From NCBI GenBank assembly GCA_964252035.1, contig OZ176209.1: DNA of 64,000 nt. The stretch is one strand, 5' to 3'. A program made the position numbers and the translations under genes. The stretch is from Podarcis erhardii. Taxonomy: Eukaryota. Positions 52,046-63,513 of the stretch are shown piece by piece; the stretch's first letter is position 1, and the number at the start of each line of letters is the position of its first letter. The notes under the pieces were generated by a model. The model saw only the letters and a list, made by a program, of their open reading frames with translations, was not told the origin of the DNA and did no database searches.

Positions 52046-54069
52046 TGTTATGAATGTATGCTAGTACATTTACCTACAAAAAAGAAAAAAGAAAAAAAGA
52101 AAAAAAAGAAAGCTCAGAATCCATTTTGGAAATTTTGCTAAGCAGAACATAGACTCTAAATGTTATTAAGCAAATGATATAAATATTTAAGTCTATGTTT
52201 TTCTAGCCAGCATTCAATCTCAGTACTTATATCAACTGAAATATGCTGTCACAAATAAGAGCAAAAAGCAGCAGTTGAAAATCAGTTTCTATTCCTGTTT
52301 GAAGCTGTCAATATGAGAGATGAAAACTAAGTTGCTACATTTAACAAATGTTAACACAGCTAGCACTTTCTGTTATAATTTAGGTGTTAAAGATATCAGC
52401 TGTTTGGGCAAGTGAAAGCAAAACTGTATCCAAAAAAGGATGAATCAACAGATCATGCACAGGAATAGGCAGACAAAGTTAATATGCCAGTTTGGTCCAC
52501 CACAGAATTTATGAAAAAATAATTAACCACTAGAATTAACATCGCCTTGATTGCAAAACAAGTGAAGAGAGTTCAGGGTGTGAATTAGTTATCATATTTG
52601 ACAAATATCTGGATGTTTAGAATGAGTTCATTTAAAAGATTTATTGCTGCAGTTGGATAGGCCAGCAAATATAACTTTTTAATCTGAGCATTAAATGTCT
52701 GCTTAACAAATTTAGAAGTATGCTGAAGTGTCCCGAGGCTACTTAAATAGTTTCTATCCATTACCTAATACAAACAAATCACTGGATCCAACACTCTTAT
52801 CTTATCACCTATTGTACCTGTGTAGCAGAGTATACTTGTACAGCTTTTGGGGGTGAACAGGGGAGCTGCAGGGGGTAGTTGAGAAATGCAAAGCCCCACT
52901 ACACAAGTGAATTTCTGTCACACTTAGCAAGCTGACCTGACAATTGAATCTTACTCACATAAAACTGTTGGATGTCAGCTTTGCAATAAGCAGCAGATAA
53001 AATAGTACCAATATATCATTTAAACTGTAAAACATTCTTCTTCCAATTGATTTCCTTATAAAAACCATGCATTACTTGCATAAGCAATTCAGAGCTTATA
53101 ATAGATCATTTACTGCATTTTTTGTTTTCTTGTTTCTTCTTAAAATGTTGAGGATTTATGGTGAAATATCCCAGTATACATGTGCACACTTTGTCTTTCT
53201 CCCTCACACACAATATTATACTTTACAAAAGGTTAATGAATGCTACTTATCTATTAATATATAGTATCACCCATAAGCCTGTAATGCCACCCTACTTTTA
53301 GCAGGAAATTTTTTAGTTTTCAATGTTATTTACGGTTTTACCGCAGTACAGGATCTACATTTTAAACTAGTAAGTCATTCAAGAAAACATACTCTGATGA
53401 TATTGCTGCATTATTATAAGCATCACAGCACTGAATTTAGTGGTTCCTATGGGAATTCTTAGTAAAGAATTCAGACTACTGCCACTAGCAACTTTCCCCA
53501 GGTGGTGTTTTCAAAGGGTAAGATTTCCATTTAACTGCTTACTGCTGCCAACATGCCTCCGAGGCTTGCTGACTATATTTAAACTGAATTGTCAGAAGAA
53601 AGTTTCAGAATGGACATTGAACACTCAGTGTAGGAGGCACCGGAAAACAATTATTTCCTATACAGCAGCAGCTTAATGAAGGCTGTTGCCTTAAAAGAAG
53701 AGGTGTGGCTTAGAAGAGACACCTGACAATCCTCACAAGGGCTTTGTCACATACAGTCCTGTAATAAGCAAGGGAAGTACACATAATATGCGCACAGATG
53801 CTCTCACGCCCCATTTGGAATCACAAAAGCTCCAATTAATGTTCTACATAAGTCAGTCGTGTGTGCTTCTGTCAATACAAGCCTTCAAATATATTTTCAC
53901 CGTAAAATCTACCGTTACTGGACACTTCAGCAATATTTGTGCGGGATACTTTGCATTTATCACAGCAAGACTGGTTTCATCTTTGAACGAAGAACCTTTG
54001 CTGCTGAAATGAGAGCGGCAGTGGAATAAGAGCAGAAACCTTAAAGAGCAATTAGGGAATTTCAATACC

Positions 54070-54900
54070 TCGACCAGCCACCCCTCAGCGCGGCAAAGCA
54101 GCCCTCCCTCTTACCTGAGAAAGGGTTTGAGAGCTCCTGCCACACCGCAGGCAGATAGGCCCCTTGCCTTCCCTCTCCCCAAGTCGGCTGACAGCCACTC
54201 GGCAACTGCCTGTTCGTGGGCGGCGGCACAAAAGGGAAGCTCCCCCCCCCAAGCCCTCTTGCCCCACTTTGTGAGCAGCCCAGGCCCAACCCTACGGTTC
54301 TGAGGAAGGAAGCGAGCAAGCCCTTCCCTTCTCAGCGGTCTCAAGGCCACGCTCGGCCCCCCGCCGCAGCAACAGCCCCGCTGGCTTCTCACCTCAGCCT
54401 GAAGGGGGGGGGGAAGCGCTGCCCCACCGCGGGGCGTGGTTGACCGTGCCGCGACCCCCGGCTCTGCTACGCCATGACGGCCACCTCAGCACAACCTAAC
54501 CTGACCGGTTCGAACACAGTATATTTATTTATTTATTTATTTATTTCTCTCTCTCGCTTCCGCCTCCGCTGCTGTCACTGGGAGAGAAAACAGGGCACGG
54601 GAGCTGAGGCCGGAAGTCGAGCCCTAGGAAGCCCCGCCCCCTCCGCCTCGCGCCGCCAACGGTGGTTTCCGCGAGGGCGGCAAGTTTGATTGTCAGGGCG
54701 ACGAAGCGCCGGCCGGGCCCTCCGTTGAAAAAGCGGTACGGCGGGTTTGTTTCTTTTGCCCCCCCCCCCTCACCGGGATACTTTCGAGCCTGCGCGGTTG
54801 CCTTTCCGTTCTCTCACAGCGAAATAAAGCGGTGAAGTTGTGGGAGAAGAGGAAAAGGCGTAACAGGTTTAAGGCCGAGGAGGAGGAATATATACGGACT
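54070..54900. promoter_or_regulatory. CpG island / SCYL2 promoter with ETS and GC-box motifs
   Basis: GC- and CpG-rich block in an AT-rich background, upstream of SCYL2 exon 2. Contains CCGGAAGT (ETS/GABP-type, 54610-54617) and GCCCCGCCCC (Sp/KLF-type, 54631-54640). Confidence 0.75.
54501..54650 (-). other. SCYL2: Putative non-coding first exon (5' UTR) of SCYL2
   Basis: Candidate donor CAG|gttagg at 54501/54500 inside the CpG-rich region. The 5' boundary is approximate. Confidence 0.45.
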
Positions 54901-56548
54901 TGGTTCTCTCAGCGGAGTGGTCCATGCAAGTGGGGCAGGATAGCAGATCAATTATTATTAAAATACATACTGAGTGAATGTACCACAAAAACGGCAAAAG
55001 GAATTCTGTGTAAATATGTATGTGGACAGTGGTCAAACTTCACTAAGTTTGTTTGCTTTTTCTATGAGGGGACCAAGTATGTTGAGATATATTTTACTTC
55101 TAAGGCAAACATTCTCCCAAGGAGCAACAAGGCATAGTGTTGGCCCTCAGGCAGTGTATGGTTTCCTATGGAAATGTTAAGGCCTATAAACATGAAGGTT
55201 CTGTGGTAGGTGACCATAAGGAGTAATGACTACCCCAGAGACACCTTAGGGTTGTTTCATCCCCTTTATTTGTCAAGGTGTAGCTTTTTTAGAAAGATGA
55301 ATAGACAGGATTCATCCAATGGGGTGGGATTCTTCCTATTTCCCCAGTTATTCCTTTATGCTGCAGCTATAGCTTGAATGAAACTTTATTTGCGTCAGCC
55401 ATCGGCCATAGCAATAAAACAATACGATATACAAAGAATAGAAATAAAAAGTCAATTATATAAAATACATTTTAGGGTTTTGAATCAATAGTCATATATC
55501 TTCAAGGGCTCTGGGCTCTCTTCCAGCTTTAAGATTTAAAGTCTTTCAAGTCTTCCAACGAGCTGATGTTCCAAATAAAGGTCTTCCATTGAAAGCTATA
55601 TCATAGGGTGTATTTCATGATTAGTAACCTTTCCCACATCTTCTAATCCACTAGCATACGTTTTGAACAAGTTGGTGTTGTGGACAAAAGTTACTTCCAA
55701 ATTACTGTTTTGTGAGGTACAACTGTTTATGTACACACACACAAATTGCATGTCCCTTCGTAAGTGTAGAACAGCTCAGGTAAACATAGCAATGGTGTCT
55801 GGATGCTTTTCCCTGTCCAGATTGCACCACACCTATGAGCAATGGGTTGTCATTCTGAAATGGGGAAAACAAATTAATCCTTGAACAAAATCCAAGGTGG
55901 AAGAGTTGCAGTTTTTTATTTTAAAAAAGCAACACATGGCCTGTAGTTGATCTGAGCTGTTTCTCTAATAAAACACATCATAATACTTTTTATTATAAAA
56001 ATGTTTTAAATTGGTGACTCTTTGTTTGACTTGAGCATCTATTGTTGTCCTCTTTTTATTCCCTTTCACAGAAAATAAAAGCATTCCTGCTTAAATCCCT
56101 CTTTAATATAATAGTAGATAGGAATTGGTTAAGCGGAGTGTTTGAAGAAATCTGGAACTAGCCTTCTAGATTTATGATCTAGTGTTCTTGTGTTCAGTTA
56201 CAATACAACCACTATTTTCCAAATAAACTTTGGATTCAAATGTTTTATTTCATTTTCCTACTAAATATTCTAGCATATTGTTAACTGAAGAAATGTACTT
56301 TTATGGATATATTTTCATTTCAGCCATTTGCATCCAGATTTCAGTTTCTACCAACATTTGAGTGGCAAAGAATATGAAGGAAAAAACCCAATAAGCTACA
56401 TGTATATAAAAATGAATAAAACCTTACATATATATTAATTGACAGTACAGTTTCATTCTTTAAAAAAACACTACATCAGGGTTCCAATCCAAGAAAACTT
56501 CTCAGGTCTTTAACATATACAATATAATGTCCATATCTTGTGAACCAT

Positions 56549-56678
56549 TTAAATATCAAATTTCTCTTCACATATACTATGTCCATTTTCTTCATAGTCT
56601 TCTCTGGTTACCACCATATCTTCAAAATCGTCATTTTCAGAAATCAGCTTTCCACCTTCCCAGGAATAAGTAATAGGG
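56549..56678 (-). CDS. ACTR6: Actin-related protein 6, last exon
   Basis: cag|C, 130 nt. Translates PITYSWEGGKLISENDDFEDMVVTREDYEENGHSICEEKFDI then TAA. Confidence 0.95.
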
Positions 56679-56858
56679 CTGGAAAGTCAATAAAATAATT
56701 GTGTAAACTGTAAAATACAGTTAGTTTACAAAGTTAGTTTAATATTGATTTTCAGTATCAGCTAGTACTACATTATATGACATTAGAATATGGAATATAA
56801 AAATAGAGTGGGTAACTGTCAGTTGAGAATCCACATTTGTAACTGAAAGGTTACTTAC

Positions 56859-56997
56859 TTCTCTGGCAGAACAACAGAAACATCGTAGTCAGTGGGAGTG
56901 AGGCATCGGACCTCAGAGTAAACACGATCCCTGAAGCCGGGGAGATGTGTGTTTCCACCAGTTAAAACAATATTCTTAAAGAAATGTGGTTGCATTT
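56859..56997 (-). CDS. ACTR6: ACTR6 penultimate exon
   Basis: tag|AA...AA|gtaag, 139 nt. Translates (E)MQPHFFKNIVLTGGNTHLPGFRDRVYSEVRCLTPTDYDVSVVLPE(N). Confidence 0.95.
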
Positions 56998-57329
56998 CTA
57001 TGAAGACCAGAAAGAAACAAGTTATAATTCTACAATAACTTGCTTGATTTTATATAGTTATATTAAGTCTGTAATGAAAAGCATTGGAAGCACTTGCATC
57101 AGAGTCTGTAATGAAAAGCACTTGCATTGGAGGCAGTACCTCAGTCACATGTTTATATATTCTTCTAATGCAAATTGCTTACTTCCAAGTTTATGAAGAG
57201 GGTGCTAAGTGTTCTGGCTCCCAATCATTCAGAAGTCTGGATAGTGCATAGGTAACTTCAGCAATTTTACAACAGTAACATGTCAAGAAATAGTGTTTAT
57301 TACAATCTGATACTGGAGAATTTCTAGAA

Positions 57330-57876
57330 CAGAGGTTTTCAGCCTTTTTGAGTCCGTGGCTCCCTTGACTAACTACATTCTTTCTGCAGCACCCCTGTGG
57401 GGCTTAGGAGCCCAGCCTCTCGCCCTTTTTCAAACACTCCCTTGAGTGTTCCCTCAGCCTTCTCTCCTCTCCTCAGAGTAGCCACTGCAGCCATCCCTGG
57501 TCTCTGAGCTGTCCCCCCTGCCCACCTCAAAGAGATGTGCCTCCTCACACTGCCCCACAGGGGCCTGGAACATGTCTGTCCATCCCCAACAGCAACAGCT
57601 GGTGGACTGGCTGGCTGGGTTCCCTCACCTGTTTGCTTGCTTACTCCAAGGTTGTCTCAGTTCCTGGCAACCAGCACCCCCTTACCAGCCCCCAAGGCAC
57701 CATTTGCCTGCAGAGCTTGTAGCCATGACTGCTGCAACAAACAGCTGTACAGGCCTTTGGGAGGCAGAGATGCAAGAGGGCATCAGAGGAAGGAAAAGGG
57801 GACAGAAGTCAGTGTTGCCCATAATACCCCTGATCATCCTTCAAGGGTGCCATGGTACACTGGTTGAAAACCACTG
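57330..57876. mobile_element. Non-autonomous hAT (Charlie-like) element
   Basis: TIR cagaggttttcagcc / ggttgaaaaccactg and TSD ttctagaa / ttctagac, the NTCTAGAN target typical of Charlie-type hATs. Confidence 0.82.
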
Positions 57877-57994
57877 TTCTAGACAACTGAGTTTTTGTCC
57901 TTGATATGGGAACTTTAGAAGCAAAACAAAAAGTCTAACTATGCAACATGTTCTACAGTTAATTTTGGTAGTTACATTGTTTAAATAAGAATAC

Positions 57995-58166
57995 CTTCCG
58001 GCAAGTTCTGAATTGAATAAACAATGGCTTCAGGAATTCCCATTTCTTGAATACCAATATCTGAAGGATGGAAGAGTATCTCTGGAACAGCAAATCGCTC
58101 ATTTGTAAGACGAAGTATTTGTTCACCAGTTTTGTATTTTCCACTTAACACCATTTCTTCCCTTGG
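57995..58166 (-). CDS. ACTR6: ACTR6 internal exon
   Basis: tag|CCA...G|gtatt, 172 nt. Translates PREEMVLSGKYKTGEQILRLTNERFAVPEILFHPSDIGIQEMGIPEAIVYSIQNLPE(E). Confidence 0.95.
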
Positions 58167-58862
58167 CTAAATCAAACAGATGTGAATTAACACACATGTA
58201 ATAATGAAACCAGCTTTTAATATCAACATTAATCAGTCACCTTATTTGCATGATTTTTCCCATGTAGTAGCTGGGATCCAAAACCTGTATGGGAATCTGA
58301 AACTTGTATATTTCTTCCATACAATTATACCTAGCTATATCAGCACATAATAACATAGAAATTGCAGCCAACATGCTATGACTGAACAGTAAGAGGATGA
58401 ATCAACAAACGAAAAATGGCAATTCATTTCACATCCCCCCTCTCTCAATAGAGACTTTATTTTTTTTCTAACTAGGTTGCATAAGTGTTGGAGAACCTTT
58501 CATCCTCCAGATGTGTTAATTACCTTGTTTTAAATTTGCATTTTACATCTGACTTCCTCTAATAATGTTTCCTTTTGAAACATTTAATATAATTTTTTAT
58601 TATCTTTGTTGCATTAAATGTGCATTCTGTAGTTGACCTCCTTTGTAATGTTTTAGTTTCAAAATCTTAAAAGGCAATATTTTAATTTCCTGTTAATTAT
58701 GCTGCTTTGAATATATACTTTATATTGGAATTTCTTCTGTAATGTCTTCTTCTGGATTGTTTTATTTGATGTAGGTTGTAAATGCTTTGAGATCTTTTTC
58801 TTAAAAATATATGTAAGTATAGAAATGAAATGAAATGAAGAAGACTGATTTTATGCAATTAC

Positions 58863-58941
58863 CTTACAAAACCCTTTTTTTATTGTGCTGAAGTCTGGTA
58901 AAACATAGTCCAACATTACTGTATTTTCTTCCCCCTTCAAT
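58863..58941 (-). CDS. ACTR6: ACTR6 internal exon
   Basis: cag|A...AAG|gtaat, 79 nt. Translates (K)LKGEENTVMLDYVLPDFSTIKKGFCK. Confidence 0.95.
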
Positions 58942-59041
58942 CTGAAACAAGTTGGAATTCAGAATACATCCTAAAGTTAATGATTCTTCAGAGCCACAAA
59001 AAAAAAAAAAATTCATTGTAAATAAATAATTAACAATTTAC

Positions 59042-60656
59042 TTTATCAAACCTTTATTAGGCATTATGGAAATAATGGAATTATAGACCGATAAGCCTTC
59101 TATCAGTGATAGGGAAAATCTACGCTAAGCACCTCTTATCTAAACTCCTTACCTGGATGAAAAATCTAAATTTACCAGGGAAAGAACAAATAGGTTTCTC
59201 CAAAGGTTGCTCCACACTAGACCACTGTCTTATACTTATGCATCTGGTTGAAAAATACAGATCCCAAAGGCAATCTAAGATATACGCTGCTTTTGTAGAT
59301 TTTCGTGGTGCATTCGACTCAATTGACCGCCCAAAGTTGTGGAGGAAACTCGCAGAATTAAAAATTGATCAGCGCCTATTGATTCTAATGCAAAATCTAC
59401 ACTCTTCCAATACCTGTCAAGTCAAACTTAACATCAAAGGTCACCTTTCATCAGACATCCCAATCTCGAAAGGGGTAAAACAAGGGTGTATTCTTGCCCC
59501 CTTTCTATTTAATTTATTTTTATCAGACTTGCCAGATTACCTTCAAAAAATAGAATCACATGCCCCTAAACTTAATCAGAAACCAGTTCCTCTCTTACTA
59601 TATGCAGACGATGCTGTCCTACTATCCTTAACGAGCTTGGGTCTGAAACGTCTTATATCTTCACTGATCCTCTATTGCGAATGTAACAAACTCTCTATAA
59701 ACTATGAGAAGACAAAAATTTTGGTCTTCTCGAATGGTTGGAAATTAGAGAAATGGAAAATAAGAGGGCAAGAAATCCAACAAGTGAAAATCTATAGGTA
59801 TCTGGGAATCTTATTCCAGAGCAATTTAGGGTGGGCAACCCATCGCACAAATGCCATAAAACAGGCAAAGTGCATCTCATCAGCAGTTGCCCGTTTTCAT
59901 TATCAGAAAGGTAATCAATTTATTCCTGCGGCAAATCAGATATTTCAAACAAAAGTGCAATCCCAGATATTTTATGGAATCCCGCTATGGGTCCAAGCAT
60001 ATAACAATGATTTAAAAAAGATTCACTCTAGCTTTCTGAGACGTATTCTTGGACTCCCAGCTACGATCAAATATGAAACAATGTGTGCAGAAATAGGCAT
60101 ACACACAATGGAATATTGGGCATGGTCCACCTCAATAAAGTATTGGTTACGCTGCCACTTTCGCTGCCCTCCATCAAGTCTGCTCGCTGATTTGCTCAAA
60201 GACTCCTATAAATCAAGATGGTATCAGCACCTCGAAAAAAAGATTGAATCTTTAGGCATCGAGCTGGAGCCCCTGTACAATTCTAATGAGCAGTATATTT
60301 CCCATAATATCCTAACTAGACTAAAGGATGTCGAGAGACAAAATATTATGGCAGCTGTAAACAAAATTTGCTCCCCCATATTCTATGAATTAAATATCTT
60401 AGATAGCAGAGCCAATTACGTCACTAAACTAATAATCCCAGCCCAACGTAGGGCTTTTATGCTGGCCCGTTTGAATGTTTTTCCCTCAGCATTTGTCAGG
60501 GGAAGATATCAAAACATTCCTAGAAACAAGAGACTCTGCAGATGCTCTATGAATGTCCCGGACACTGCAGAGCATATTCTCCTTCATTGCCCATTGTACA
60601 GTACGCTCCGTCAACGCGTGCTGTCCCCTCTTTTGGGTGGTCTGGAACCGCAGCAA
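59042..60656 (+). mobile_element. 5'-truncated non-LTR retrotransposon (RTE/RTEX-type reverse transcriptase) with an inverted tail and 14-bp TSD, in an ACTR6 intron
   Basis: Uninterrupted frame from NYRPISLLSVIGK (59079) through AFVDFRGAFDSI, GVKQGCILAPFLFNLF, LLYADD and a C-terminal LCRC...EHILLHCPLY motif. The direct repeat aattaacaatttac occurs at 59028-59041 and 60657-60670. Clade assignment is inferred from recalled motifs. Confidence 0.88.
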
Positions 60657-61542
60657 AATTAACAATTTACCCTAATATGGGTCTAAGTCCAACTTTCTCA
60701 AATGTGGAGACCTCTCAAAAGGAGGCTTTGATGATAACTAAATAAGAAAGCTGCATAGGATAACCTCCTTTTGACTTTTAGTCAGTAAGACAGCTCACCA
60801 CCATGTAAAGCTATTTGGGGTATTCAGTGCATATAGATGTTGAACTTAATAGCGGGACAATCACACCTTGCATGGGGCTTATGTTCTGGGGATGGCAGGA
60901 ATATGCAAAACTGTGTAAATTCAAACCACCCCCACATAAGTATCCTTGCCAAGCGAGCCTTACCATCATCCTCCACACCCCGGGAAGACAGCTTTTAAGC
61001 TCTGCCATGCTTACCAGGCAAGTCCCGCACACTGCATAGGCTTTGGGATGCTCTTGCAAGTTCATGTGGGACTGTCTGAGTTCCTGTGAGATCTTGCAAC
61101 AACACGCCAGAACCTGTGTGCACTCTGCGTTGCATGCAATTTCAACTACATAAGTTAATTGCATATGTAGAGCTTGAAAATGATTTGGAACATTGCAGAT
61201 GCTTCAGTAACAGAATCCAGACTATAAACCCAAGTCTGGCTGAAATGAGACCTCAAAGATCATTATCCCTGTTTCCAGATATGGGGACTTGGGTCACTCC
61301 ATACATGCTCAAAGGCAGTCTTCATAACAACATGTTTCAGAGCTAACCCTTAATGAACCCAAGCTTAAATTTAAGCCCCAGACACAAGACGCTTTCAGTA
61401 AAGGAATTTGATATTTAATGTATTCATAGACCACTGCCAACAGAGTGGTGGTTTTTTCATCACAAGGCAATACATAATAAATTCTTCAGGCCATAGACAA
61501 AATTACCATTAACTATATTTAGCAGTATAAAAAAACCCATAC

Positions 61543-61641
61543 TTGGCAGTCTCCATATCCTTGAAAAAGTCTTGGGAAACATAACATACATCTTCTTTCA
61601 CTTGGTTAATCACATGGGTTTCATCCATAACATGGAGTTGC
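61543..61641 (-). CDS. ACTR6: ACTR6 internal exon
   Basis: tag|G...AA|gtatg, 99 nt. Translates (R)QLHVMDETHVINQVKEDVCYVSQDFFKDMETA(K). Confidence 0.95.
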
Positions 61642-62751
61642 CTATAATTTTTAAAGAAAATAATGCTACTTTATCTTGTTTTCATTGCTGGTCTGTTATG
61701 AGTATTCAATATGAGTATTTATTGAAGCTTAAATGTTATAGTAAAGCTGTTAGATTAATTGTGGAAAACTCACTTAAGCCTTTAATCCTCTGTGGAGTAG
61801 GGCATGCTATTAAACCAAAGAACAGTAAGAGGAGGATGAACGTTCTTAACACTGCACTTCTTTGAGTTCTCATTAAGTTGTGATTAGGAACTAATCTGTT
61901 AAACCAGATGAAGTTCATGGTTTTTAGTAGAAAAAGTTAATAATATTCTCATACCACCCTTTCTATACAAGAGGAACAAAATTACATATATAGGAAAGGT
62001 ACTGTTTGATGGGGCTTTTTAAAAAAAGATTATACATATTGTAATTGTTCAGGAATCCCACCTTTGCAGAAGACATTCAGAATTGGCACATGAGTAGTAT
62101 CTAACACTAAACAGCCCTCTAAATAGAACCAGCAAGACCTAAGGATGCAGGGGGATCTTCAGAATAGAAATGTTCTCACTACTGTTGAGATGGGGGATAG
62201 GGGATGGGAAACAAGTGACCGTGAAATCTAGGTTGAGCAGCTTAACTCACTGTGAGGAACCCAGCTGGTTTTGCCCATCTGTATATTCCCAATGAACTTT
62301 CTAGGGTGTAGCTTATGAAAGTTTGTGTATACAAAAAGAGGGAACCCTCAAGTTCATGGACCTTGCCCCATTATAGTCTACTCATGTGGCCTAGCATACC
62401 CACAGATTCACTCAGATTCTCCATGGAACCAGTGGCATTTGGAAACAACCAACAAGATATGCCAGTAAATTATGGTGCAGTTTCATTGCCATACCTAAAA
62501 CAATTCACGGAATAATTTTACTGCTCATTTCCTGGAGTGTTCCATCTATTTTTCCAATTTAACTTTTGCGGCAAAAAAACTAATTTTAAGTATCATTGCA
62601 TACCTTGCACCATAATCTAGGCAAAGTAAGCCTTCAGCAAACCTTGAGTTCAAAAGTTAGCTTTCTCTTTTTGTCCTATAAAATAAAATAAACTATATTT
62701 TTATTACCGTGAACCAGCTAAGATTGTAATAACTTCTAGTTAGTGTTTTAC

Positions 62752-62808
62752 CTGTAAGAGATTATTTCCTTTAGATGATTGGTTAAGAGCTTTCCTCCCA
62801 CGTTAATC
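62752..62808 (-). CDS. ACTR6: ACTR6 internal exon
   Basis: tag|G...AG|gtaaa, 57 nt. Translates (R)INVGGKLLTNHLKEIISY(R). Confidence 0.95.
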
Positions 62809-62896
62809 CTAAGAACAAGAAAATTTTTCTTTAATATTTATATTTAAAAAACATGAATACATCTTTTTTTAAAATATGAAAAATATGGTTTTTTAC

Positions 62897-63032
62897 CTTA
62901 TAATGGCCTCCTTCTTCTTTTTACTTCTGCAGTAAGGTACAATGTGTGTAAAAGAATACCCACTGTCTACAATGATGCAACACAGTTCTGATGGGTTGTC
63001 CCGGAAGTATCTATGGGCACTGAGAGCCCCAG
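62897..63032 (-). CDS. ACTR6: ACTR6 internal exon
   Basis: cag|CT...AG|gtaaa, 136 nt. Translates (A)GALSAHRYFRDNPSELCCIIVDSGYSFTHIVPYCRSKKKKEAII(R). Confidence 0.95.
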
Positions 63033-63074
63033 CTGAAAAACAGAGCCATGTCATAGTGTCAGAAACATTTATTA

Positions 63075-63270
63075 ACAAGTGTTTCAGGCAGAGGGCCTTC
63101 TCGGCAGTGGCGCTATCCTTGTGGAACACCCTGCCATCAGATGTCAAGAAGATAAAGAACTACACAACTTTTAGAAGACACCTTGTATTGGGAAGTTTTA
63201 AATGTTTGACATTATGTTTTTACATGTCTTGGCGGCTGGGAAACCCAGCCAGATGGGAGTGGTATAAATA

Positions 63271-63304
<34 letters not shown>

Positions 63305-63306
63305 TT
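63075..63306 (+). mobile_element. L2 LINE 3' end with (ATT)n tail
   Basis: Reads RQRAFSAVALSLWNTLPSDVKKIKNYTTFRRHL, like the L2 ORF2 terminus RAFS..AP.LWNSLP. Followed by cagatggg..ggtataaat and an (ATT)n run. Confidence 0.78.
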
Positions 63307-63389
63307 AAGCAAACATAAAGTGTTGTAGTAATGCCAAATGAAAACATTTTCTCCCCCAAAAATAAACAGTAAGAGGACTTGCCATTCAC

Positions 63390-63513
63390 CATTTACTCTG
63401 AGAACTGCTTGGAATTGGTATTCTTCAAACAATATTTCGTTCATGGACTCTTGTATTGAGCTGAAGTTGAAATAAGGTTCTGTGATGATGATATTGGTAT
63501 CTACAAAATCTAC
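63390..63513 (-). CDS. ACTR6: ACTR6 internal exon (upstream exons lie beyond the window)
   Basis: tag|GTA...G|gtgag-like donor gtgaat, 124 nt. Translates VDFVDTNIIITEPYFNFSSIQESMNEILFEEYQFQAVLRVN(A). Confidence 0.95.

Noticed and set aside
54832-55137. Plus-strand 101-aa ORF next to the CpG island, considered as a DEPDC4 remnant
   Set aside because: It starts with GTG and has no DEP-domain similarity I can recognise beyond a chance SGP tripeptide.
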